Assembly (NCBI GenBank): GCA_038727095.1
Contig: JAVYWK010000021.1
Coordinates: 1 to 33,092, forward strand
Reading direction: 5' to 3'
Source of the DNA: Thermofilaceae archaeon
GTDB lineage: Archaea > Thermoproteota > Thermoprotei > Thermofilales > Thermofilaceae
DNA: 33,092 bases
Below, in pieces: positions 16,296 through 26,600 of the stretch. Both the position numbers and the translations under genes were made by a program. Within the stretch, counting starts at the first letter, position 1. Every line of letters starts with the position of its first letter. The notes under the pieces are model-generated. The model saw nothing but the letters and a program-made list of their open reading frames with translations. It was not told the origin of the DNA and made no database searches.

Positions 16296-16592
16296 CGGGG
16301 CTGGAACGTTTATCCACCTTTTTGTTTCCCCTTTTCCCCTTTGGCTCTCCTCATGCCGCGGGAGGGGCAGGCAGGGTATAGGCCCAGAAGGGGGCGGCCA
16401 GAGGTACGCAGCCGGGGAAACGGGAGCGTTCGAGCGAAAATATGAATAAGTGCGCACCCCTCAGAGTTTTCAGAGTTGGTCCGACCCACCGCACGTTGCT
16501 GCGCGTTCTACTAGCCGCTTGTTTAGAGATGTTTTTAGACTTCGGCACGTAACCGCGAAAAGCTTAAAGTAGTGTGTTGATGCAAAGCTTGA

Positions 16593-16683
16593 GCCGGGGT
16601 CGCCTAGCCTGGTCCATGGCGACGGGTTGCTAACCCGTTGCCCCTTTCGGGGCGCCCGGGTTCGAATCCCGGCCCCGGCGCCA
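16593..16683 (+). tRNA. tRNA-Ser(GCT), intronless, long variable arm
   Basis: GCCGGGG/CCCCGGC, ACGGG-TT-GCT-AA-CCCGT, variable arm CCCC-TTTC-GGGG, G73, CCA. BRE-TATA GAAAAGCTTAAA lies upstream. Confidence 0.95.
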
Positions 16684-16792
16684 ACCTATAGCTCATGGGC
16701 CAACGGTGGATATGCGAGTTCGGAGGGTCTGAGCGATTTGAACCGCAGCACGCTGTAACGAAATTTTTTATCCCCTACTGCAAGAGCAACCT

Positions 16793-17296
16793 GTGAGCTA
16801 CAGTATAACTGTGCCGTTCGTGCCGACTCCTATCGAAGTCATCAGAGAAATGCTGACGATAGCTGAGTTGAAGCCGGGCGAGTTACTCCTGGATCTCGGG
16901 TGCGGGGACGGGCGAGTCCTCATTGTAGCGGCAAAGGAGTTCGGGGCAAGGGCGATAGGAATCGAGCTTCGAGACCAGCTAGCCAACAGAGCCGCGTACA
17001 ACGCCGCGAAGGAGGGAGTGAAAGATAAGGTACTAGTTGTCCATGGGAACTTCTTCGATCTAAAGCTTCCACCTGCGGACGTGATCTTCATGTACCTTCT
17101 CACCTCAGTCAACGAAAGGTTGAGACCTAAGCTGGAGAGGGAAGCTAAACTGGGGGCACGTATAGTGTCGCACGACTTTGAAGTTACCGGCTGGAAGCCA
17201 AGGAGAGTTGAGGACTTCCGCGACGGGGGGAGGTCGCACCGCCTCTATCTGTACGTCGTTCCAGAGGCTTACTTTTCAGCTACGCGAAGAGGTTGA
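16793..17296 (+). CDS. Crenarchaeal protein lysine methyltransferase (aKMT-like, class I SAM)
   Basis: VPFVPTP, DLGCGDGR, GNFF, MYLLTSVNERLRPKLE, VSHDF and HRLYLY closely follow Sulfolobales aKMT. Confidence 0.85.
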   Translation: MSYSITVPFVPTPIEVIREMLTIAELKPGELLLDLGCGDGRVLIVAAKEFGARAIGIELRDQLANRAAYNAAKEGVKDKVLVVHGNFFDLKLPPADVIFMYLLTSVNERLRPKLEREAKLGARIVSHDFEVTGWKPRRVEDFRDGGRSHRLYLYVVPEAYFSATRRG

Positions 17297-17415
17297 AAAG
17301 CAGAGAAAGCCGCTTAACCTCGGGAAAAGGGTTTCGTCCCAATTCATGGTTTCCGCGTAGGAGCGTCAACAACAACCATTTAACAACAGCGCTGGCCCCG
17401 GCGTACGGAGGGTGA

Positions 17416-18390
17416 ATGGAGGAGAGGGGCGTTTTACTCAAAAACGCGGTGGTCGATATTGGCAGAGAGGATTTAAAGAGCATAGCGCCTCTTGCCCGTA
17501 AACTAGTGAAACTTTACGATCAGATGGGAGGTTTTAGTTCACAGTTTGTAGCCAGAGCCGCCGAGATCATGCGGGAAATGATCCAAGATGAGGAGTGTAC
17601 GGTCTTCCTGGCTTTTACCGCTAATCTGATGGCTACCGGGCTGCGCGGCGTGCTTGCGGCGCTAGTAAGGGAGGGGTTTGTGGACGCGATAGTAACGACC
17701 GGCGGAACGTTTGATCACGACATAGCCCGATCGTTAGGCAGTTACTATAGTGGGGACTTCGAGCTTGACGACCACATGCTACAGGAGCTAGGGATCCATA
17801 GGCTGGGGAACGTTTTAGTGCCAAGAGATAAGTACGGGCCAGTTGTGGAAGAATTTACGCATCGAATGCTCGAAGACCTTGTGAGGGTGAAGAGCAGGTG
17901 GACGCCGAGCGAGTTAGCACAAGAGATCGGTAAGCGGCTCGGAGATGCGAACTCGGTTCTGGCAGCCGCGGCAGAGAGGGGTGTGCCTGTTTTCTCACCC
18001 GGCCTTGTGGACTCGGCTTTCGGGACAGCGTTTTTCACCTTCCGTGAAACCGGTCGGAGCAGAGGTTTCTCCCTGGAGCTAGATGTTCTCGGCGATTTAT
18101 CGAGGATCTCCGACCTTGTCATAGAATCCGAGAAGATCGGTGCAATAGTGCTGGGCGGGGGAATCAGCAAGCACCACGTAATATGGTGGGCTCAATTCAA
18201 AGGAGGCCTCGACTACGCTGTCTACATCACCACAGCGACTGAGTTCGATGGAAGCCTGAGCGGCGCGCGGACAAGGGAGGCGATAAGTTGGGGTAAGCTC
18301 AAGCCTGAAGCTCGGCACGTTACCGTTCCAGCGGACGCAACAATAGTGTTCCCTATAATAGCGGCAGCCCTACTGGGTGAGCGAGAGTGA
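17416..18390 (+). CDS. dys: Deoxyhypusine synthase
   Basis: FTANLMATGLRG, HRLGNV, LGGGISKH, DGSLSGA and EAISWGK (active-site Lys). SD GGAGGGTG. Confidence 0.95.
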   Translation: MEERGVLLKNAVVDIGREDLKSIAPLARKLVKLYDQMGGFSSQFVARAAEIMREMIQDEECTVFLAFTANLMATGLRGVLAALVREGFVDAIVTTGGTFDHDIARSLGSYYSGDFELDDHMLQELGIHRLGNVLVPRDKYGPVVEEFTHRMLEDLVRVKSRWTPSELAQEIGKRLGDANSVLAAAAERGVPVFSPGLVDSAFGTAFFTFRETGRSRGFSLELDVLGDLSRISDLVIESEKIGAIVLGGGISKHHVIWWAQFKGGLDYAVYITTATEFDGSLSGARTREAISWGKLKPEARHVTVPADATIVFPIIAAALLGERE

Positions 18391-19394
18391 TCGAGGTCCA
18401 GGTTACATTTACAGTGTTGGCAGCCACGGTTATCGCCCTAGTCCTGACACCGTTTACCGCCAGGGTGATGAAGAAGCTCGGCCACCTTAGAACAGACGTC
18501 CACAAGAGGGAGCAGCCGAAGGTACCCTATTCCGGGGGGGTGGCGCTTTTCGCCTCTGTCACCCCCATTCTGATCGCTTTTGCACTCTTACAATGGGGAA
18601 GTACTGTCAGAGTTTTCGTTCTTCTCGCGTCCTCCAGTATGGCATTCTTACTGGGCCTCATCGACGACTTCAAGGTCTTAGGGGGCAAGGTTAAGATGCT
18701 TCTATCCCTGTTAACGGCGGTCCCGTTAGCGGTCGCTTACATGGTTTGGCCAGACGTCGTCCAGCTTGGGCGCCCCCTAGTACCACTTCTCGGGCGCCTT
18801 AGGCTGACCATTATCTACTGGTTGCTCCTACCTCTTGTGGCTGCTGGACCAGCGAACTTGGTCAACATGCTTGACGTTTTCAACGGTGTTATGCCTGCGA
18901 CTACGCTTCTTACAGCTTTAACGATGTCGTTCGCCTCGCTGATAGTCGGTAACGTTGAAGGAGTCGTCCTCCTCGCCCCCCTTATCGGGGCCTTGCTCGG
19001 CTACTTACCTTACAATAAGTGGCCGGCTCGAATTCTAAACGGCGATTCAGGGAGCTTGTTCGTGGGCGCGTACATCGGTGCTGTGGCGGCTCTGCTCCAC
19101 CTCGAGTTCATAGCGGCAATCGCGCTCATCCCTCACATTCTTAATGGGGCGTTGGTGATAATCTCGGTCGGAGGTTTTAAGGAGCACCGTGAAATGAAGG
19201 GGAGACCCGTGAAGATACTGCCCGACTTCAGGCTAGCGGCGTCCAGCGACTCGGAAGCCCCAATCTCTCTCACACGGCTGATCCTCGCTATAGATGGACC
19301 CTTGGATGAAAGGGCGGTCGCAAGGAGGCTGATCGCCTTAAGTGCTGTGAGCTGTATCCTAGCAGCCTTCTCCTCCCTCCTGATCCCGAGGTGA
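18387..19394 (+). CDS. Glycosyltransferase family 4 (MraY/AglH-like GlcNAc-1-P transferase)
   Basis: DVHK, VPYSGG, GLIDD, NLVNMLDVFNG and NKWPARILNGDSGS; multi-TM. Confidence 0.88.
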   Translation: MIEVQVTFTVLAATVIALVLTPFTARVMKKLGHLRTDVHKREQPKVPYSGGVALFASVTPILIAFALLQWGSTVRVFVLLASSSMAFLLGLIDDFKVLGGKVKMLLSLLTAVPLAVAYMVWPDVVQLGRPLVPLLGRLRLTIIYWLLLPLVAAGPANLVNMLDVFNGVMPATTLLTALTMSFASLIVGNVEGVVLLAPLIGALLGYLPYNKWPARILNGDSGSLFVGAYIGAVAALLHLEFIAAIALIPHILNGALVIISVGGFKEHREMKGRPVKILPDFRLAASSDSEAPISLTRLILAIDGPLDERAVARRLIALSAVSCILAAFSSLLIPR

Positions 19395-19654
19395 TTGAGA
19401 TGAGATCCTTACTGCTCTTGAGCTTGCTGCTCATTGCCATTTGGGCATCCTCCATCCCAACACTAGTGCTCATAAACTCGATAGTCTACCTCATCGAGAT
19501 TAGCTGGCTTCGATCCCTCCTCGGGGTAACCGTTTTCGGAGGATGGGTCGCACTATGGTATGCCCTCTTGAAGATCATTTCTAAAAAGATACTATTTAGC
19601 AAATTTTCCAAGTTAACTAATAAAGATTTTGATAATAATAACTCCAAAGTTTAG
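19391..19654 (+). CDS. Small membrane protein
   Basis: Two hydrophobic helices; GTGA coupling to the GT4 gene. Confidence 0.6.
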   Translation: MIEMRSLLLLSLLLIAIWASSIPTLVLINSIVYLIEISWLRSLLGVTVFGGWVALWYALLKIISKKILFSKFSKLTNKDFDNNNSKV

Positions 19655-20090
19655 TGCTAGATATTGGTTTTCCATCATCTCCAAGTATCGGTTCCACAAC
19701 TTTTATGATTAGGGGTTTCATTTTTCTAGCTATCCTAGAGCGGTTGATTTTGAGTGCACCAATTAGGGTTTCTTCGGTAACCACTATTGCTTCTACCGAG
19801 GGATCGCTGCTTGCCGGCCCTTCGGCATCGTCTAGTGGAAGCACCGTGATCCGTTGCCCCACCCTGGCTTTCCTTAAACAGTACCTCAACACTCTGAGGG
19901 CTCTAACTTCGTATGGCTCAATCGGGTGGTTCTTCCTACGCTGTGAAGCGAATTCGTCGCTGACGACTCCTATGATTACCTCGTCACTACCCTCAAGTGC
20001 GGCTTTAATCAAGTGCCTATGCCCAGAGTGAAAGAGCGAAAAAGTGCCACCGACAGCGGTCCTCCTGTATGCTGGCTCTCCGCTAGCCAC
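19617..20090 (-). CDS. coaD: Archaeal phosphopantetheine adenylyltransferase
   Basis: VGGTFSLFHSGH, AIVVTEET, INRSR and PISSTK. Confidence 0.88.
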   Translation of the reverse strand: MASGEPAYRRTAVGGTFSLFHSGHRHLIKAALEGSDEVIIGVVSDEFASQRRKNHPIEPYEVRALRVLRYCLRKARVGQRITVLPLDDAEGPASSDPSVEAIVVTEETLIGALKINRSRIARKMKPLIIKVVEPILGDDGKPISSTKLWSYYYQNLY

Positions 20091-20093
20091 TTT

Positions 20094-20531
20094 CTACTCT
20101 ACAAGCACCTGAATCTCTTTAGCAACCTCGCTTTTCGGAATTCGTACTTCGAGAACGCCGTTCTCTAACTTCGCCTTTGCTAGTTCTGGCCTAACCTTTA
20201 CCGGGAGCTCGACCTTCCTGTATATTGAATCTCTAACTCGTTGACGTATGATATATCTCCCCTCTATTGGGATCTCAGTAGTTCGTTGAGCGAATACTTC
20301 TACGGCGGTTTCCGTGACTTTTACTCTAATGTCTTCCTTTGAGAAGCCAGGGACATCGACTAACACAACTAGTTCGTCGCCGCGGTCTACAACGTCTACC
20401 GGTGGTTCCCAAGTCCCGAACTTGAGCCCTTCAGCAGATAATCGAGCCCACACGTCCCTGAATAGTTTTTCGACCTCTCTCTGAGTTTGGGCTATCAGAT
20501 TTGCTATTTCCTGTATTGTCTGTCCCTCCAT
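20094..20531 (-). CDS. Small heat-shock protein (Hsp20)
   Basis: EPPVDV, DVPGFSKEDI, AKLENGVLEVRIPK and a C-terminal IxV motif. Confidence 0.93.
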   Translation of the reverse strand: MEGQTIQEIANLIAQTQREVEKLFRDVWARLSAEGLKFGTWEPPVDVVDRGDELVVLVDVPGFSKEDIRVKVTETAVEVFAQRTTEIPIEGRYIIRQRVRDSIYRKVELPVKVRPELAKAKLENGVLEVRIPKSEVAKEIQVLVE

Positions 20532-20632
20532 ACCCCTCGCACTGTGATGCAGGCGCAGATTATTAAAGGTATGGCTCTGATCTATGGACGCAATGTTTTA
20601 AGGGTTGGGATGAGGAAGAACGCGGTGAACAC

Positions 20633-21196
20633 GTGCTATACGAAGTAAGGTGGCACGGGCGCGGAGGGCAGGGTGTCGTAACTGCCAGTGATATTCTGGC
20701 TCGAGCTGCAATCCTTGAGGGGAAGTTCGCGTACCATGCGCCGGAGTTCGGGCCGGAAAGGCGTGGAGCACCCGTCAGGGCTTTCACTCGGATTTCCGAC
20801 GAAGTCATTGAGCAGCATTTCGGAATCTACAGGCCTGATGCCGTTGTCGTCATTGACCCTACACTTCAACTAAATCCCGATATTGTGTTAGAGGGGGTTA
20901 AAGAGGGAGCACTACTTGTACTGAACGCGAAAAAAGTGGAGGAAGAGCTCTTGAAGAGGGCTAAAAGCCTTAACCTAGCTGTTTGGACAGTGGATGCTTA
21001 CAGTGTTGCGCTGGAGATATTTGGGCGCCCTCTCTATAACACTCCGATGTTGGGCGCGTTTGTGAAAGCGTCCGGCATCGTCAGGCTCGACAGTATCCTA
21101 GTGATCGTAAAGGACAGGTTTAAAGAGCCTGTGATAGCAGCGAGGAACATCGAAGCTATTAAGAAATGTTTTGAGGGGGTGAAACGCGTTGAGTAG
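20633..21196 (+). CDS. porC: Pyruvate/2-ketoisovalerate:ferredoxin oxidoreductase gamma subunit
   Basis: RWHGRGGQG, FGPERRGAPV and NTPMLGA. Confidence 0.92.
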   Translation: MLYEVRWHGRGGQGVVTASDILARAAILEGKFAYHAPEFGPERRGAPVRAFTRISDEVIEQHFGIYRPDAVVVIDPTLQLNPDIVLEGVKEGALLVLNAKKVEEELLKRAKSLNLAVWTVDAYSVALEIFGRPLYNTPMLGAFVKASGIVRLDSILVIVKDRFKEPVIAARNIEAIKKCFEGVKRVE

Positions 21197-21473
21197 CAAG
21201 TTGTTGAGCTGGAAAGAACTGCCCGGAGCACCCGTAATAACGGAGGGGGGTAGCTCGATCCGGTATAAAACTGGCAACTGGCGGGCGCTCAAGCCCACGC
21301 TTGACTCGAGTAAATGCATCAAGTGTCTGCTCTGCTGGTTCTACTGTCCGGAGCCGGCGATAATTAGAAGGGAGGATGATAGCGTTGAGATCGATTACAA
21401 CTACTGCAAAGGTTGCGGTATCTGCGCTCACGAGTGTCCCGTAAAAGCTATCACAATGGTGGAGGAGGGGTGA
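21189..21473 (+). CDS. porD: Pyruvate/2-ketoisovalerate:ferredoxin oxidoreductase delta subunit (2x[4Fe-4S])
   Basis: KTGNWR, CIKCLLCWFYCP and YCKGCGICAHECP. Confidence 0.93.
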   Translation: MSSKLLSWKELPGAPVITEGGSSIRYKTGNWRALKPTLDSSKCIKCLLCWFYCPEPAIIRREDDSVEIDYNYCKGCGICAHECPVKAITMVEEG

Positions 21474-21477
21474 TGTA

Positions 21478-22677
21478 ATGGGCCAAGCAGTAGTTATAGG
21501 GAAACAGCGCCGAGCGGGTATGACGGGTAACGAGGCAATTGCTTACGCGGTTAAGCAGGCCGACGTTGATGTGATAGCGGCTTACCCAATCACGCCCCAG
21601 ACCATAATCGTTGAAAGGCTAGCCGACTACGTTAACAACGGAGAATTAAATGCGTCGTACGTACCCGTTGAAAGCGAGCACTCGGCGCTGTCCGCGTGCA
21701 TCGGCGCCTCAGTCGCGGGAGCGCGCGTGTTTACGGCATCTAGTTCGCAAGGCTTAGCGTTAATGTGGGAGATGCTCTGGATCGCCTCTGCTCTCAGGAC
21801 AACGATAGTCATGGCTATCGCCAATAGGGCTCTTTCAGCCCCGATTAATATTCACTGTAGCCATGACGACGCTTACGCCTGCCGTGACGCGGGGTGGATA
21901 CAGTTCTTCGCCGAGAACGTCCAGGAAGCATACGATCTGACGCTCATGGCTTTCCGCGCCTCCGAGGACAGGCGAGTTCTCTTCCCCTCGATCATCAATC
22001 TGGACGGCTTCATCCTCAGTCACGGCCTCGAGCCACTATACGTCTTAAGCGACGAGACTGTTAGGGAATTTCTCCCTCCGAAAGACCCAGTGTTCCACAT
22101 AGATCCTGCGAAACCCATAACCTTCAATCCGCTCGTCCTTTTCGATTATTACTTTGAGTTTAAGAAGGCGCAAGCTGAAGCCTTCAAGAATGCATACCCG
22201 ACGATTCTTGAAGTCTTTAAGGAGTACGAGAAAGTTAGTGGGAGGAAGTACACACCTGTCAAGTCCTTTGGGATGGAGGACGCTGAGGCTGCAGTAGTAG
22301 TTCTAGGCTCCTCAGCTGGTACGGCGCGTTACGTTGCGCGCCAGCTACGAGAAAAAGGTGAGAAGGTTGGGGTGGTCAGTTTGACTCTCTATAGACCGTT
22401 CCCAGCTAGAGAGCTAGTCGAAGCTCTAAGCGGGGTGAAGGCAGTGGCAGTAATGGATAGGAGTTACAGCTTCGGCAGTCCAGGAGCGCAGTTGTTCATG
22501 GATGTTGCGGCAGCGCTCATCAACGAGAGCGAAAGGCCCTTCCTCATCAACGCTGTTTACGGGCTGGGCGGTAGGGATCTAATGCCGGAACACGTTAGAG
22601 AAGCCTTTAAGCTCGCTCAGGACACTGCTAAAACCGGTAAGGTTATAGAAAGGGAGGTTTGGCTCGGGGTGAGATAG
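21478..22677 (+). CDS. porA: Pyruvate/2-ketoisovalerate:ferredoxin oxidoreductase alpha subunit
   Basis: AYPITPQT, VESEHSA, SSQGLALM and GLGGRD. Confidence 0.93.
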   Translation: MGQAVVIGKQRRAGMTGNEAIAYAVKQADVDVIAAYPITPQTIIVERLADYVNNGELNASYVPVESEHSALSACIGASVAGARVFTASSSQGLALMWEMLWIASALRTTIVMAIANRALSAPINIHCSHDDAYACRDAGWIQFFAENVQEAYDLTLMAFRASEDRRVLFPSIINLDGFILSHGLEPLYVLSDETVREFLPPKDPVFHIDPAKPITFNPLVLFDYYFEFKKAQAEAFKNAYPTILEVFKEYEKVSGRKYTPVKSFGMEDAEAAVVVLGSSAGTARYVARQLREKGEKVGVVSLTLYRPFPARELVEALSGVKAVAVMDRSYSFGSPGAQLFMDVAAALINESERPFLINAVYGLGGRDLMPEHVREAFKLAQDTAKTGKVIEREVWLGVR

Positions 22678-22678
22678 A

Positions 22679-23608
22679 ATGAGCCGTCAGATTAAGGCGC
22701 TTCGGGAGTTCCCGCACGAGGAGTTTTTTGCTCCCGGCCATAGGTTGTGCGCAGGATGCGGGATACCGCAACTTGTTAGAACGGTTCTAAAAGCAGTACC
22801 CGACCCGAAGGTTGTTGTAACGGCGACCGGTTGCTTAGAAGTAGCGACGACAATCTACCCCTATACGAGCTGGAGAGTACCATGGGTTCACAGTGCTTTC
22901 GAGAACGCGGCAGCCACAGCTTCCGGCATCGAAGCGGCCTTTAGAGCATTCGAGAAGAAAAGGGGTGTAAAAAGGCCAAAATTAGTGGTCTTCGCTGGAG
23001 ACGGTGGTACGTTCGACATAGGGTTCCAAGCCCTCAGCGGCGCGTTAGAAAGGGGCCATGATCTGGTTTACATATGCTACGATAATGAAGCCTACATGAA
23101 TACAGGAATTCAGAGGAGTGGTGCTACGCCGCGGGGAGCTGCTACTACTACAACGCCCGCAGGTAGGGTGATACCCGGTAAGCTGGAAAAGAAAAAGGAT
23201 CTTATAGGTGTAGCTATTGCCCACGGCATCAGGTATGCTGCAACACTCAACCCCGCTTACCCCGTAGACATGTACAATAAGATAGTGAAGGCAGTATCGA
23301 TTGAAGGGCCCACGGTACTGCACTACTACACGCCGTGCCCCACCGGTTGGAGGTTTGACCCAGCCCGGTCGATCGAGATTGCTAGGTTAGCCGTTCAGAC
23401 GCGCGTATGGCCTCTGTACGAGTACGAGGATGGAACTTACAGAATCAACGTACTCGTGAAGAATCCCAAGCCTTTAGAAGAATACTTGAAACTCCAGGGA
23501 AGGCTTTCGCACCTCCTCCTTCCCGAAAACAGGTGGGTACTTGAACAGCTGAAGCAGGACGTCGAGGAGAACTGGAACCGGTTACTGAAGCTCGCTGGCT
23601 TAGCGTAA
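22679..23608 (+). CDS. porB: Pyruvate/2-ketoisovalerate:ferredoxin oxidoreductase beta subunit (TPP-binding)
   Basis: GHRLCAGC, TGCLEV, GDGG...DNEAYMNTGIQRS and PCPTGW. Confidence 0.93.
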   Translation: MSRQIKALREFPHEEFFAPGHRLCAGCGIPQLVRTVLKAVPDPKVVVTATGCLEVATTIYPYTSWRVPWVHSAFENAAATASGIEAAFRAFEKKRGVKRPKLVVFAGDGGTFDIGFQALSGALERGHDLVYICYDNEAYMNTGIQRSGATPRGAATTTTPAGRVIPGKLEKKKDLIGVAIAHGIRYAATLNPAYPVDMYNKIVKAVSIEGPTVLHYYTPCPTGWRFDPARSIEIARLAVQTRVWPLYEYEDGTYRINVLVKNPKPLEEYLKLQGRLSHLLLPENRWVLEQLKQDVEENWNRLLKLAGLA

Positions 23609-23670
23609 ACCCACACTAGTCGTCATCTCTCTTTTCTCTCTCGTTTTAGCATAATTCTTTTAACCCCAAG

Positions 23671-26600
23671 ATGTCGTCAGCGCATTCGAGTTTGATGGCT
23701 CGAATGCTTATCAGGGAACAGTGCCCTAACTGTGGGGGCGCGATAAGTGACGAAAGGCTGGCAGCGGGGCTTCCCTGCGAGGTTTGCCTTCCAGAGCCTC
23801 CTTTAAGTTTAGCCGGCACAGATAAACCTTCCAAGCTCGTTCTGTTGAAAACTACTTGCGATGCTCTTTCACTTTTAGGGAAGTGTAAAGGATTCAAGAG
23901 TATTCTGGAGGAGGAAGCGGAGATTCACGATTTCGAGTTGTTTTTTGAAAACGCTGTTGGGAGCAGGCCATGGAGCGCGCAAAGGATGTGGGCCCGCCGT
24001 GTGTTACGAGGGCTCTCCTTTGTCATCTTGGCTCCGACGGGTGTTGGGAAAAGCGTATTTGGGATCGTGATGTCACTATATCTTGCTTTAAGGGGGAAGA
24101 GATGCTACCTTATCTTGCCGACAAGTGTACTCGTCAAGCAGACATTCGATAGGCTCCAGGGCTACGCTAGCAAGCTTGGGTTAAACGTTAAGGTGCTCGC
24201 GTACACGTCGCGTAGTGGTAAGGCCAGGAATGACACCTTGAAGAAGATCGAGCAGAGCGATTATGATATATTAATAACTACGTCTCAATTCCTATCTAAG
24301 AATTTCGAATTAATAAAGAACTCTACGTTCGATTTTATTTTTGTGGACGACGTTGACGCGATCATCAAGTCCTCAAAGAATGTTGAGAAAGTACTTGCGT
24401 TGTTAGGGTTAGGTGGGCAGGTGATAAACGAGGCTCTCAAAATCGCTAAAATGGCTGCGGCTAGAAGATCGGAGGGCGACGCGAATGAACTGGAGAAAGC
24501 ACGGGCAAGACTGAGAGAGATGCTGGCTCAAACAAAGCACGGTATACTTGTTGTGTCAACAGCTACGGGGAGACCTCGAGGCCTTAGAGTGAAACTGTTC
24601 AGGGAGCTTCTCAACTTCGAGATCGGCTCGGGAGCCGAGCTTCTTCGTAACGTTGTTGACAGCTACTTGTTCGTTAGTGATGGAAAAACTCTTTCTGCAA
24701 GGGTTGCCGAGATAGCGGGGATTCTGGGTAAGGGCGGCCTGATTTACGTGCAACCAGGTACCCCTGAGGAACAAGTTAACGAACTAATCGAGCTCCTCGA
24801 GAGCAAGGGACTGCGGGCTAAAGCTTTAACTTCGAGAAGCAAGAGAGAGCTTGAAGATTTTGAGCGAGGAGAAATAGACATCCTCATTGGCTTCGCTACA
24901 TACTACGGAGTCCTCGTGCGAGGCATAGATTTACCGCACGTGATACGTTACGCGATTTTCGTCGATGTTCCCCACTTTCGTTTTGCCGCTGGAGTCGATG
25001 AAGCAAGCCCTCTAAGGCTGCTGCAACTGGCGCAGGTCCTAAGGAGTGTTCTACGTGGCTCAGAAGCGAACACTCTCGATAAGCTCACATCGGTAATTAG
25101 GCGGTACACGTCGAGCCTAGATCAAGCTTCATACAGATTGCTTACTGAATCATTAGCTACTACTAGGAAACCTGAAGGTTTTCTGGGATTTCTTTACGAG
25201 CGCCTTTTAGAGCTAAGAAGCTTGCTGAGAGAACTTCTCTCGCGTGAGGAATTGCTCAAGGAGCTCCAGGCCAGTTCTCTAGCGTCAATAAAGATGGTGA
25301 ACGGCAAACCGTACATAATCCTTCCTGACGCTCCAACTTACTTGCAGGCATCGGGAAGAACTTCAAGGATGTATGCAGGAGGTATTTCGAAAGGGCTCTC
25401 CGTAATTGTAACTAGAGACGAGAGCCTGCTTAAGGTGTTAATGAGGCAGGTCAGCTGGTACGTGGATGATGCTAAGTGGGTGCGGTTCGAAGATCTCGAC
25501 CTGGTTAGCATTCTCAAAGAAATAGATAGGGATCGTGAAATGATTCAGCGTCTCAAGGAAGGTAGAGTTGAGGGAGGAATCGCGGAGCTCGTTAAAACGG
25601 CGCTCGTTGTCGTTGAGTCTCCAACCAAGGCTAGGACGATAGCCTCGTTCTTCGGTAGACCTTCGAGCAGAAGAATTGGAAGCATTGTAGTGCACGAGGT
25701 TAGTGCGGGAAACTTGCAGCTGTTAGTGGCTGCGAGTAAGGGTCATGTACTCGATTTGGTTACCGACGATGGATTTTACGGGGTTAGGGTTAATGGAGCT
25801 TTCGTTCCAGTGTACACGACGGTTAAGCGCTGCCTCTCCTGTGGCACGCAATTTACCGACTCAAAGGATGGTGCTTGCCCACGCTGTGGGAAAACAGTTG
25901 TTGCTGATCAAGCTGAAGTTGTGAAGGCTCTGCAGAGGGTTGCAGGCGAAGTTGACACAGTCCTCTTAGCCACGGATCCCGATACTGAGGGGGAGAAGAT
26001 CGCTTGGGACCTCTACATCCTTCTCGCGCCTTACACGCGCTCGTTAAAGCGGATTGAGTTCCACGAGATCACGAGAAGGGCATTCGAAGAGGCTTTGAAG
26101 AACCCGAGAAGCGTGGATATGAGGAGGGTTGAGGCGCAGCTAATACGTCGCATCGAGGATCGTTGGTTGGGCTTCACTCTAAGCCGGAAACTGTGGGACC
26201 GCTTCGGTATGCACTGGCTCTCAGCGGGGAGGGTTCAGACGCCCGTGCTGGGGTGGGTGGTTGAGCGATACCAAAAGGCCAGAGAGAGCGTAATGACGGT
26301 TTTCCGGGTAAAGCTCGATAACGGCCTCACGCTGGTCTTCGAGAGCAATGTTAGTGGAAACGAAACCCGTAAGCTAGCCAGAGAGCTGAAGGAAGGTACA
26401 GTTGCTATTGAGCGGTTAAGCGTGGAAAGCTCCAAGCTGCATCCTCCACCCCCCTTCTCGACGGACGCTATGCTGAAGGAAGCAGTAGAAGTTCTCAACC
26501 TATCTACTGAAGAGGTGATGAGACTGGCGCAGGACCTCTTCGAGATGGGTCTCATCACTTACCACCGGACAGACAGTACCCACGTCTCAGCGCTTGGAAT

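Noticed and set aside
16340-16430. CAGAAGGGGG resembling RNase P RNA CR-V near rnp4; GC-rich region considered as SRP RNA
   Set aside because: I found no CR-I (GAGGAAAGTCC-like) partner and no SRP helix-8 motif on either strand.
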